Assembly: GCA_004764695.1 (NCBI GenBank)
Contig: SMSO01000031.1
Coordinates: forward strand, 844,436 to 908,435
Direction of reading: 5' to 3'
Length of the DNA stretch: 64,000 nucleotides
From: Schizochytrium sp. TIO01
Lineage: Eukaryota; Protista; Bigyra: Labyrinthulomycetes
This document shows positions 47,137-58,473 of the stretch, one piece after another. Under the pieces are notes generated by a model that searched no databases, was not told the DNA's origin, and worked only from the letters and a program-made list of their open reading frames with translations. The position numbers were made by a program, and so were the translations under genes. Position 1 is the first letter of the stretch. The number at the start of each line of letters is the position of its first letter.

Positions 47137-48402
47137 AGTCGAAAGCACGGGCCCTTCTTCTTTTAGCCAGTAGGTTCGTGAGATCGAAGAAAGAAAGGCC
47201 TCAGAGCTTGATCTTCTGAAAGGATGGCTGTATATAGAGGGCGTGGCGTCGCACATTCCGCAATTCTGGCGCGGATCGCGGCGTTTGGCAGGGAATAAGG
47301 AATGAGCAGCCGGAACAAAAAAGTTTGGGAGACCTCGAAGAAAGACCAGAACTGGAATTCGAGTGAGTGAAAAGGAAAAACCACGACCTTGCGAAGTTTC
47401 GCCGGGACTCTGCTTGTCCCCCTTAGCTTGGTCCCTCGCGTGCTCTTCTTCCCACCTCCCAGGTTTATCCGAGGCGGGCTTCGGAAATGTATGTATTATT
47501 TTATCTGTCTTTTATTTATTTATTTATTTTATTAAATTAATATTAAAAAGCTTTCAAAAGATATGCATGTATTGCCTACAGGTCTCAGTTTTGCTCGCTT
47601 GGTATTATTAGATTAAAATAAAGAAACACTCTGCGGGATTTTAAAATATCGCTCTCTCCCATTAGTGGAAAGAAGAAGAGGGGAAGCTAGCTTGCTCTTC
47701 TCATACTCATACAAGTATACTTGCACACTAATGGGCGTAAGTGGGGGCACACGTTTCGCTTGTAGCATAGATTGATAGCAGCGATACCATTTATTATAAG
47801 TTGTTGTTTTTTCTAATTAAAGGATACAAATGGCTATGGGAATGAAATGGGAGAAGACCCAAGTCTCAGCCTCTGCCTCGAGCGGTGCTTCGCCTCGCTT
47901 GCGTCAGAATGAGCCACGGCTGCTCTGCTGTCGCGCTTACGAGGCCTCTTTGAAGGGTAGTTCCTGCGGGCTTGGGGCTTCCCGCTCCAATTCTCTGGCA
48001 TCTTGAACCTCACTGGTTTGTCCACCTTTTTTGGTTGCTTTATCCCAGAAAGAAATCTATGCGATGCATCCTTTCAATGCATCGCTCATCCTTTGACATG
48101 AAGCGTATAAATCAAGAAAAACAAAACCAGCCCTGTGCCCCAAAGGCTGGAGCCTGCCCAGTGCTATCGTGGCCACCGCAAGCCTCCAAAGCTCGAGCTT
48201 TCGAGCAACTTGTTCAAGTAAATAAACGTGCCCTTCTGAGATCCTCAAATTGGTTTATTTCACAGGTTTCAACTTGCGAGACCTACGTGTTATTCATTCA
48301 TTTATCGTTGTTGTCTCTGCGAACTCATCGAAGTCTTGAAACTTGCCGTATTACTTTGCACATTCTGTGGGCACAATTCCTGACCTCATCGACTGGAGCT
48401 CG

Positions 48403-48471
48403 CATTTTACATTTTGCATTTTGCATTTTGCATTTTGCATTTTGCATTTTACATTCTACATTTTACATTTT
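48403..48471. repeat. 7-nt tandem repeat (CATTTTR)n
   Basis: About 10 units of CATTTTG/CATTTTA. Confidence 0.9.
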
Positions 48472-49501
48472 ATAGACGTTATCGGTCACAGCTCTGTCGG
48501 CCTCGAGGTAGGTTTCCATGGCCGGCCTCGCAGCAGTGGTTGGCGCGAAGATGCAGCTTCATCTCCTGCCTCGTCGGTACGTTCTGTGCCTCTGCTCACC
48601 CTTATCTCTGCGCCCCCTCAGAAGTTGGTCTTCGACAGCGCTAATTCTCCAAACGAACAGTTTGGAGGCAGAACTCTCATTTCTTTTCCTTTTCCTTTCC
48701 GCTCGTTTTATCTCCAGTCAGTTCTTGGCGAGTTCCCCTGCAGGTCTCTCACCTTGGGTCCGAAGTGTTGGCGAATTCCACTGAGATCGATCGCCAAAAG
48801 CCCTCCCTGTTCGAACCTGCTGCGTTTGCTGACCTGAAGCCGGCGGTGGTGTGACCTTCTCGAGCACACCTTCGTTCTGATCCTAAGACGATCGATTCGT
48901 TTGTTTGTTTTAGCTTAGTTTAGTTTTATGTTCACTGTTTGGTTGACTTCGTGGTCCACCATGGCTAGTCCTCCTGACCCATCCGGCGCCAGGTCGCGCC
49001 GAAGTATTATTCTCTTGATGCGTGCCAAGGCCAGTCTTCGCTGGTTTTGCCGGCAAAGTGAAGAGCTGAGGCTGCTTGCTGCGCGCTGAGAGCGTCGTAA
49101 AAATAACTTAAAGCCGGGGGACTTCTGGAGCACGTGGCTCTTCTAAGGCTTTATCGGCGATGTAAAGTTTTGTTCGCATGGCTTCGGCGATGCTCACAGG
49201 TTTTGGGCGTGCATGTGCAACGAGGGAGAAACAAGAAGATGCTGGCGTTTCTTATTTTCGCACACCCTTTCTTTGATTTATAAAGGGAAAAGTGAGTATG
49301 TAATTAGGCCATCTTAAGGGAAAGTGGTAAGAGGTCTTTCTTATTTGTTTGTTTGTATTTAAATTAAGAAAGATAGAAACGAAATCATGTCTGGAAAAAG
49401 AGCATAAGATAAAAACTCCGGAAAAAAAATATTTTGAAAACATTCAAACTCAAAGAAGAACAACTTGAAGCTTGAGGGTTCACGTTGAACCTAGGTATTA
49501 A

Positions 49502-50188
49502 ATATATATATATATATATATATATACATGCATTATTATGTAAAAAGATAGCCTTGGAATATCCCTTCTTTACATTCTAATTATTTCTGTAGAGTTGAAA
49601 TCTAACGATCATTTGATCAGAAAAGTCTGAGCTTTGTTGGGAAACTGCAGGTTCATTGTATGGGGAGGCCAGGACAAAGGAGTGTAAGCATGAAAAGAGG
49701 AAGGAGAAACATCTTCCATGATTTCATAAAATGATTTTCTACCTACCCAAGTCTTTTAATTCTTTCATTCATTCATTCATTCTTTCTTTCTTTCTTTCTT
49801 TCATCTTTTTTCAAAGTTCGTAAGATTGTGGAGGGGGTCAAGCTGTTTCAACCTTTAAGAAAACTTACGAACATCTCATGCGAAAGCGTCCACGTTTGAG
49901 TTTGACTTGACAGCCATTTGATCAAATGGATTTGGCTCGTATTACTTGACATCATCTACTTCAATAAGTAGAGGAAACCAAAGCTTCATGTTGTACATAT
50001 ATATATATTATTTTCGAAAATGTTTTTTTTTAGATTAAATGTTTTATCTCATTTAAAAAAATGAATTTTAAATGGTGTCTGAAAATAGATTTAAAAAAGA
50101 AAAATTCGACGTAGGTACACTTTTTTCTTTTATATATTTATAATTAGCTAGGCGTACTAGGTAGGTAGGTAGGTAGGTAGGTAGGTAG
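49502..50188. repeat. AT-rich block with (TA)n, (TTCA)n/(TTTC)n and (TAGG)n microsatellites
   Basis: TA at 49502-49526, TTCA/TTTC at ~49763-49802, TAGG at 50157-50188. Confidence 0.9.
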
Positions 50189-51794
50189 AAGCACTCTTTC
50201 TTTTTGGTTCTGTTGGCAAGTAGGTACCTACTTATGAGTCAGGCGTACATAAGATGCACGCCAGATTGTCGTGAGCTGATGCGCTCTTCAGTCGTGAACA
50301 ATGCTTTACTCTTCACAATTTATAGAAACAAGACACAATCAAGATCATAATCTTTAGTATCAAATCGAGCGTGGGTGGCTACTCCTTGCATAGGGATTCT
50401 CTTTCTTGCGACTGAAAGCGGGATTCTGATTTACTCCGTGCAATGTCATTCGATGAGCGTCCCGCTCTGTTAAAACGGTACGAGATCTGTTCCGGGAGTA
50501 GCTATGCAAAGTTCTTTGGTGCTAAATATGCTGGCTATGATCGAACGTAAGATACATCGATGTCCTAACACAATTCAAGCCTCTGCCTTCAGCGAGTAGT
50601 AAACTGTGATGTTTGTATCAGAGCTAATCAAGGGCCACTTCATTCGAGAAAGATGCAAACACGTAAAATCATTCCCGTACAATTGCAAAACAATTTGTGC
50701 ATGAACAGCGTCAACAGTAACATCTTTCGAATGCCTTTCCATCTTAAGTATATTTGTCATGTGAACTCGAAGTTGCAAAACGCAAAAAGTATAAGTGAAA
50801 AGGCCTTTTATAGGTTAGGACTTTCGATTCGTTACAAACGAGCAATCCCCTTAACTTTGCTTTTAGTGCGACTTTAAGAGCTGCCGAGTCTGGAGTGGTG
50901 CATGGAGATTTCATCCTCGGTGCGAATTGAGCTCAGTTCCGGATTATTACGACACAACCCCCCATACGCACGACACTCTGAAGCCGCCATTTGCTTTTGC
51001 ACGGCGAATTTTACATTGCGTGTGACATCGAACGGGCGATGTTCGGGATCCGAAGATCATCTTCCGAGACATACACGATGAGAGGAAAAAACAATCCAAT
51101 TCAACAGACCTCAAAGCTCTCTTCTTTGTTTACATAAATAGCGGAAGCGTTCCTTATCTACTCCTAGCTAAGGCTTACCAGGGAAGAGCTTATGCGCTCA
51201 CGGATTTTTTTCTGTTCTTTTAAAATTAAGAATTCAAGTTACGATATCATTCTTTCCCTTTTTTTTCTTTTTTTTTTTTTTTTTAAAATAAAAATTGAAT
51301 AAAACAGAGCCTGAAATAGAAATAATGAAAAACATAAAAACATAGGATAATAGGATACAGTAAAAATACCAAATGCAAAACAACGCTTCGGCAAATGCCT
51401 AAAGAGTTCCCGCCATCTAAAATCAAACCGGGCCATTGAAGGGCCAATCTTCGGGGTCCTGGCACGCGTGTTTATAACTCCCCTCAAGCCAGTGCTAGGC
51501 AAGCGCGTTGTGTTCTCAATCACAAATTCTGGCATGTCAGCGATGATGCAGTAGAGCTAAAAAGCTGGGCAAGCAAAACTCCACTCCCTCCAGGCCTTGA
51601 GAGAGACCACGTACGCCGTCATCACTTACATTTCTTTCTTTTAGGAGTTCTTCCCTCTTCTTCTCATCGTCACCGTAGTCGCGCTCTACCATTGCTACGA
51701 GTTCTGCCTGTGCCTGCGCTGTTTTTAATCTTCGACGAGTCACTACAGAACCCACTCCAGGAACATCTTTCCGAGAACATGTTCAGATAAAGTC

Positions 51795-51914
51795 GATGAA
51801 TCGTTGACGATGAATCATTTGACCGATGATGAATCACTGATCGATGGTGAAACATCGATCGATGGTGAAGCATTGATCGATGGTGAAACATTGATCGATG
51901 ATGAATCATTGATG
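51795..51914. repeat. 18-nt minisatellite (GATGRTGAAnCAYYGATC-like)
   Basis: Five 18-nt units at 51825-51914 plus two shorter degenerate units upstream. Unit junctions form ATCGAT palindromes. Confidence 0.9.
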
Positions 51915-54462
51915 AGAGGAAAAGAGGTCCAAGGGTACCTGGTTTCCCCGACACTGGGCGTTCTCGCGGTTCGATTCGAGAGCAGGATCCAGGTTCATTG
52001 AGTTTTCGCAAAGCATGCTGAGGTTCGTGAGAAGATGGATGTGCGAGGTCTGCCTGTCTGCCTGTCTGTCTGTCTGTCTCCTTGCTTCGACGCAGCAGGT
52101 CAAGAAACCCGCTGTGGTGGCCTTGAACTTGAACCTTCACTGCAGCCCTCGATGCACATCGATCGATCTTGGGTTTTGACGGGTCGTCTCGACTCCAGAA
52201 CCCTGAGCGCAGAGCCAACTTCGAGGCAGCGAGCGAGGTGGGTGTTAGAGTTAGGGTCGCGTGCGTGAGCGAAGCAATGGAATTGATGAGCGAGTGAGCG
52301 TGCGAATGAAGACGTGAGTGGAGAAGTGAATGTGAATGAAGAAGTGAACGAATGAATATACAAATTGCTTCCCGGGTCCAGCTCTTCCAAAGAGGGTGAA
52401 ACTGGCAGACGGATCACCAGGAGTTCAACTATGGTATTCGTGGTTCGACTGCAAATCTTCAGCAGAGGTGAACTCAGGATCAGGCTGCGATGGGTGGGTT
52501 CAGGCGCCACCACCAAACGAGAAGGCTGCTGCGCGAACTTACTTACTTACCTACAAGCGCCAGCACCGTAACGATCAGCACCCTGGCCTTGGTTGGGTCT
52601 TGGCCAGCTGGATAGATTGCTAGCTGGCGAGCTTTGGCCCACGCTGGAGGAACCATGATCCGGTAAGGTCTCGTGGACGGAATGCGCTGGGCCATGCATG
52701 GGTTTCCGGTGGTCTTGACCCGTGGGAGTTAGCTTTGAGTACAGCGGCAGAAAATAAAGTCCAGAGTAGCGCTAGTCGGCATGTGAATGCTGATGCAGAC
52801 GAGCAGCTTGCGTTGTGTGCCAAAGTTAAGGTACCTCCTGAACCGAACCATGGCGTAACGAGCACTAGGTAGTGCAGCCAGGCCTCTGGAGAGGCACGAG
52901 CATGATTGCCTGGTGAGATTGACAATGAGTGAGATTACACTAAATTTGTGATCATGTAGTAGGTATTGATCACTAGTACAATACCAACTAAGCGCCTGCG
53001 TAGGGAGCCACAAAACACAACGAAAAACACAGCATGCATGCCACGCCACATGCGTTATTGAAGTTCTCCAAGTTGCCTGACTTGGTAGAAGGCACTTACA
53101 AATGACTAAGTGCTTAGGCTGCTAATCGCCACCAGGCACCAGTAACACTTTCGCCTTTGTCAAGCACGATACTTTCATTTCTCGGTTCTTATTGGCTAAA
53201 AAGCCCTTTCATATTACATTTATTTATATGTGAACAACACTGCGAGGAAACGCACTCAAGAAGAGAAAACGTTGGACACAATAGCTGGTGGAGCGCTTTG
53301 CATGCTGCTGCTGGTGAAATCGTGAGAGCTGGCCTCAGATTTAGACACTTTTTCATCATTCTCCAACCTCTGAACCTGAATTGAGCAAACAGATTAAATA
53401 GTGTACGTTGAGCACATCCACACCCGTTATGGCCGCTGTGAAAAGACCTCCAGTCGAATAATTTGCTCTGCAAATAACGGTGTAAGCTGCAATCAATCGC
53501 AGGGATTTCTATGAATTTTTACAATGGAATGAAAACAAAAAGCAAGAGAACTTTCCTGGTCTTACCACATAAGCAAAACGCTGTCTCCTGCGGTATATTA
53601 TGAATTCGCATCTCTATAAGTCAAAATCCACACCTCTCCTCTCTTTTTCTCTTGCTCAGTGCATAAAATCGCAAATTCCTTTCAATGCATATTTAGGTAC
53701 GATGCCTATCACCACAATGCTTTCATAGACCCTCCATCGTTTTTGATCTTCTAACAAACGCTTTAACAAGACTGGTCCCGTTTGACCTTCCCTTACATCC
53801 TCAACAACCACAAGATATAGAAAAACAAGCTCTCTATAAGATGAAAGCTTCATCTAGGCCGCACCCGACACCTCCATCAGACAAACCCCAACGCAAGCTC
53901 TACAAAAGCTTTCGCGAACTCAAAGTATGTACAAACGTTCCCTCGATGAATCTCAACCAAAGCTTAAAGCTTTTCACAGAGGGTGTGCACTGGCTGCAGT
54001 ACTTTTGTGCTAGCAAAGTCCTATGAGATGCTACGCATATGACTAGATCGATAGAGGCGGCGAAGACTTGGTAAGAGGGCGTTGACTTTCTCTTTGCTGG
54101 ATCCGCGAGGAGTCGCACGAGCCCTATGACTGCGAACAAAAGCAGTTCCTCTCGCATAGAGAAGCAGCTTTGGCAGGCTGCAAGTTTAACGCGAGTTTGT
54201 AAACAGACAGACCCCTGAACTGAGCGCTGCCAACTTGAAGGTGCGTGGAGACGATAGTTAAGTTGGCCTTGAGGAAGCTCAGCGACGCTGTGAAGCTCTC
54301 TCATAGAACTGCAATATTGATTAGAAAGATTGGGCTCGAAATTGGGCACCTCGTTGCAGAGACGGTGCAGCAGAACTGGAACGAGAGGAAGTCCGGACGC
54401 AGAGCTTAATCGAATCGCAATATCTGTGTGTCTTCGAAGAATTGATTGTGTAGGCAGCAAAG

Positions 54463-54993
54463 ATGGGAGTCTTCGCGTCGTGCTTTAAACCCAAGCTCAA
54501 GTCGGTTCCGGAGGTGGATGTAGGCCACATGCTTGGCGACTGGAAGGTGATTGCTGTAATCCCGACACCCTTTGAGAAGAATGGATACAACCCTACGGAA
54601 AAGTACACTTGGGATGAGGCCAAGCAGCGAATTGATGTGGACTTCACGCTTAACAAGGGAGCTCTCGACGGTCCTGTAAAATCAATCCCCCAACACGTTT
54701 ACACCGGGAGCTTTCCCAAGTCCACTGGTGAGTGGCAAGCCTCTCCGATGTGGCCCATCAAGCTCAGCTATGTTATCATGGCTCTTGATACCGAGCAGTA
54801 TAGTTGGGTTCTTGTTGGCCATCCTAGTCGCTCTTTCCTCTGGCTCATGGGTCGGGAAACTTCACTCCCGCAGAACATCATTGACCAGAACCTAGAACTG
54901 GCGAAAAAGGAGGGCTTCAACCTTGATAACCTCGTTTACCCCAAGCACAATGGACAAGATCCGGCCAACTCCGCCTCTTCAACAAATAAGTAA
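54463..54993 (+). CDS. Lipocalin (Blc/ApoD-like) with a predicted N-terminal myristoylation/palmitoylation signal
   Basis: SCR1-like VPEVDVGHMLGDWKVIA (GxW), SCR2/3-like YVIMALDTEQYSWVLVGHPSRSFLWLMGRE. N-terminus MGVFASCFK. Confidence 0.9.
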   Translation: MGVFASCFKPKLKSVPEVDVGHMLGDWKVIAVIPTPFEKNGYNPTEKYTWDEAKQRIDVDFTLNKGALDGPVKSIPQHVYTGSFPKSTGEWQASPMWPIKLSYVIMALDTEQYSWVLVGHPSRSFLWLMGRETSLPQNIIDQNLELAKKEGFNLDNLVYPKHNGQDPANSASSTNK

Positions 54994-55505
54994 GGTAGCC
55001 CATCGGATCTGTTTTGTTATATTTTTGCGACTGCTGTTGTAGTACCCATCGCCACGTGCTTTTCTATGTAGAGTATCAAATTTTTCTGCAGATATAACAC
55101 ATTCATTACATACAAATTTACATTTAACCTTTAAGAGGTTTATTTTGTCATCCTCTATTTTAACCTTTAAATACGTACGAAGACACGAAGACAGGTTTTC
55201 ACGATGTTTTCGTTACATAGGAAATGTTAAATCTATTTTACGAAATTTGTTGTTTGCCTGGCCTTTAGAATTAATCAACTGTAGCCATGATAAATTAAAC
55301 TGTACAATTTCGCCGCAATTAGAAAACCGAAAGGTATACATTCTTAAAGTGGGGCCAGGAACTTTGGGCCTGACAAGGATCCAAAGTCTGAACAGAGGTT
55401 CAAATGGAATCGCAATTTACCTGAACAGGGCATATTTATTTCATACGTCAACTAGTTCTGATTTCGAATACATCACACCATTCCATCTTTCTGCAGAGAG
55501 AACTT

Positions 55506-56244
55506 TTAAGGTTCTATGACTTGGTTATTTTGAACAACGTCCATGATTTCTTGCCAAATGTCATCACCAGACTGTTCAGTATCTTCAGAAAGCCAAGACA
55601 GAGAAAGAGAATCCGTTATGCTTGGCGGCGACGGGGGCATTGATGTCATTTTCATCATGCCCAAATCACGCTGATCCTCTGCATACACTTTCCACATTTT
55701 CCAAGTCCGAAGTGTAAGGTGATATTCATGAAAACGTCTCGCCTGGACTTCGCGACACCGGATCTTGACGCATAAGATATGCTGCTTCTGCCCATGCATG
55801 AAGATATTGCCGTAGATTCCTAAGTCGATCATGGCTTTTGCTTTGCGTGCTCAGATTCCTCCATTCATGGAACACATGTTTCATGCTCATGAAACCTTTC
55901 CAGGCATTGAAGAGATCTCTCTTCCTTCGGATATCCACACGTTCAACCTTGAACCTGCATGCTGCAATACAGGTGAGTCTCCAATCAGCAAGTTCTTCCA
56001 CGAGATCTGCCCACGCGTTAAAGACCGCTTTCACTAAATGCGAGGCCCGAGCAAACCTACCCCAGGGTCGCAAATCAAACTCGTCATTGCTGACATACTT
56101 ATCAAATTGTTCTTCAAAACGACTGTCGTCCTCAATTACGCTTCTTTCTTGATATCTCTCTATACCTAGACTGTGGTTCACTCCATCGTCCGCAAGGTCT
56201 TCTGTAAGCGCAACAGCGTCGAAGTCATCATAGTCGCCTTCCAT
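55506..56244 (-). CDS. Small protein with Sfi1-like (centrin-binding-type) W repeats; +1 frameshift at ~55765
   Basis: Repeats LVKAVFNAW, KRDLFNAWK, MKHVFHEWR, LRQYLHAWA, and in the next frame ARRFHEYHLTLRTWKMWK. Removing one A from CAAGATC joins the frames, giving 245 aa. Confidence 0.6.
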
Positions 56245-57732
56245 GCCGCATGCCGTTGCCGTCAACAAGTGAAACGAACCACGAACGAAGCACTGCCCAG
56301 GTACTGCTGCAGTGCTGGCTGTCACTAAAGCAGCTAGTCGCAAAAGTCACGCAGCCGTAGCGCAGCTCCCCCCAGCCAACGAGGTGGATGTCATTTGGCT
56401 TTTCTAGACCGCGCTGTGGCTTTTATTCTGTATGATCAATCAATTGATTCTTCAAAATGACTTTTTTATTTTCGATAACAATTTTCACTCCAAGAGTTTT
56501 TGTTTTGAGAATGTACAGGAAATGAATGAAATTGTCTGTGAAACGAATTCATGCTTCTTGTGTTCTGCATCCACGCTATGATGTTCGACGTCCATACACT
56601 CCTCAAGCTTGAACAAACTGCCGATGTCTTGAGCCAACAAGAACGAGCATCTTTCGAGCATCTTGTTATTATACAACAGCATTTATACAAACACATTACA
56701 CGGCTATCGAGCTGCAGGTTCTAGCTTGAAATCGCAAACGTCCCATTGCTGCATGCTATTATAATTTGCGGTGCTTCCTTCCCCCGTCGGCCCTTTCGAC
56801 GTCTTCAATGCTCCCATTGAGACCGGGATTGGCGAGCACCTTGATGTGGTATTATTTATTTGTACCTCGAGGTAATTCAAGGTTCTAAAGATGATGGCCG
56901 CGATGGGTTAAATAAATGTGCAAGGGAGCACCTGACTCTGGAGCATAAGACCTGCTCGAAGAACCCTCTGTGCCACATCATTGGAATGCGCCGCGAACGG
57001 TGCGCCCTGCGACTTCGTAAGAGCCTGCGTGTGTCTACCAACTACTTACTTGAAGTAGTTAGTGAGACGAATTGCAATTCGTTCTCCACCATATCAAGAC
57101 TCACCCAGTCGAGACCTTGAATGCCGCTATGGTTTTACTTTATAGGAATCAATCATCATTTGGGCATGAACTCTTTCCACTAAAAACACGCTAAAAGATG
57201 CTTTGTCAGGAAGTACAATTTGGCATTTCAAAGGTTTTGAGCAGTAGTTTGTTGTTTTTTAATTGGAAAAACTGATTTCAAAGTTCAAGGCCGTAAGGAG
57301 AAGCCTTAGTTTTATATACGTAATACAGTAGATATCTAGGTCCTGGTAGTAGGCTCGAAGTTCTCATCAATGAGGTTGGATGTGATGGTTTTGTGAAGAG
57401 TTCTTGCAATTGCGCGACGACTATGGCGAGCTTGGCTGCGCTCGTGTTTATTTTCGTGAGTGTACGAGCAGAATACAGTAGCGCTGAGGGATCGTTAATG
57501 TAAAATGCGAGTTGCCTCTACTGAAATGAAAGATTGCGGAGGTTATAGTGACATCGGTAATTCAAGCACACATCTAGTATTAGAATACATTAGCGACTAA
57601 CTAACTGCCTAGGTAGCACTGTGCACTGCAGAAGGCAAACACAAAATACGGAATTTTGACGAAGCCAGAGCTGCAAGTGATCAAGACGCCCGGGACAACG
57701 TGAGGTTGTTGACATAGGCCAGTGAAAGTGCC

Positions 57733-58473
57733 ATGAGTGTGTCTCGAGTGCTTGTGCCCTCTGTGGGCTTTGCAGTAGCTGGACTGAGTGCAATGGCAGC
57801 ACTGCGGGCCAAGAAGACTACCTTCTCACTATCAAGCAACAACAGCAGCAGGAGCAAGAAAGCCTTGAGCACCAAAGCTGCTGACGGTGTGGTCGTTGAT
57901 GCAAAAGGAGTTAAGCATGCTCCCTCAGATGTGAAATATGTTCGTGAGTGCAAGGTCAATGACCTGGAATTGCGCATTATGTCCGAACTCGTGAATGTTG
58001 CTTTCTATGAAGGCGACGGCATGATTTGGACTCAGGGTCAAAGGTTCCGTATGAGCCAAGATGGTGAGGATGCCCGCAAGATCGCTGAAGCAGCTGACTC
58101 GACATTGCTTGTCTATGAAGACCCCGTTAACAATCAGCTTGAAGGCTGTGTTCGTGTCGACTGGGACATCGAGAATGATGTGGGCCACTTCTCCATGGTC
58201 TCTGTCCCCATGCTCTACGGTGGCCGAGGCATTGGCTCATTGCTTGTACAAGCTGCACAGCTGTACCTTAAGGAAAAGCTCTCTCCAAAGGGCGAAATTG
58301 TGATGGACGTAATCAGTATTCGTGAGGATCTCTTCGGATTCTACGGTCGTCGTGGTTTCAAGCGCATCGGACCTGTTGACCTTCCTGACGAACTGAAGGA
58401 CCGAGCTTGCCCTGAATTTCGCCATGTTCGATTCGAGTTGATGAAGAAGCCCATCTCCGAGGTCAAACCTTAA
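57733..58473 (+). CDS. GNAT-family N-acetyltransferase with an N-terminal hydrophobic/basic targeting-like extension
   Basis: Motif A FSMVSVPMLYGGRGIGSLLVQAA and C-terminal REDLFGFYGRRGF. Confidence 0.88.
   Translation: MSVSRVLVPSVGFAVAGLSAMAALRAKKTTFSLSSNNSSRSKKALSTKAADGVVVDAKGVKHAPSDVKYVRECKVNDLELRIMSELVNVAFYEGDGMIWTQGQRFRMSQDGEDARKIAEAADSTLLVYEDPVNNQLEGCVRVDWDIENDVGHFSMVSVPMLYGGRGIGSLLVQAAQLYLKEKLSPKGEIVMDVISIREDLFGFYGRRGFKRIGPVDLPDELKDRACPEFRHVRFELMKKPISEVKP

Larger units (their letters stand above)
45900..54400 (-). pseudogene. Heavily decayed large ribonuclease-inhibitor/NLRC3-type leucine-rich-repeat gene
   Basis: At least 15 LRR_RI-like fragments, all on the minus strand and broken by stops, indels and microsatellites. 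Examples: GLSDGGV, ISPAAACKALHQLL, PSLEELDPGSN, LARCLEVGSALRVLE, NVSDDGVRGLSQGLE, VLQLYGNDFT, LAPDGSGGLAMVDHEVNQTV, GLLAIDLSG..HFGPK, MKLHLRANHCCEAG, LSEQGTKAHRRCLEE. Boundaries are approximate. Confidence 0.65.

Noticed and set aside
50378-50509. Two 8-bp complementary blocks (GCTACTCC/GGAGTAGC and TTGCATAG/CTATGCAA) suggesting a pseudoknot
   Set aside because: Zero-length loops make simultaneous pairing implausible, and the region is already explained by LRR remnants. Probably chance.
49620-50585. RNase P CR-I-like (GAAAAGTCTGAG) and CR-V-like (ACACAATTCAAGCC) strings
   Set aside because: They are about 950 nt apart, do not pair properly as P4, and are separated by microsatellites.
51795-51914. 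Regular repeat considered as a CRISPR array
   Set aside because: Contiguous tandem units without spacers, eukaryotic context and no cas genes.
53900-54460. 186-aa minus-strand ORF as an independent gene
   Set aside because: It has a non-ATG start and no recognisable domain. It is more likely the eroded 5' part of the LRR fossil overlapping the lipocalin promoter.
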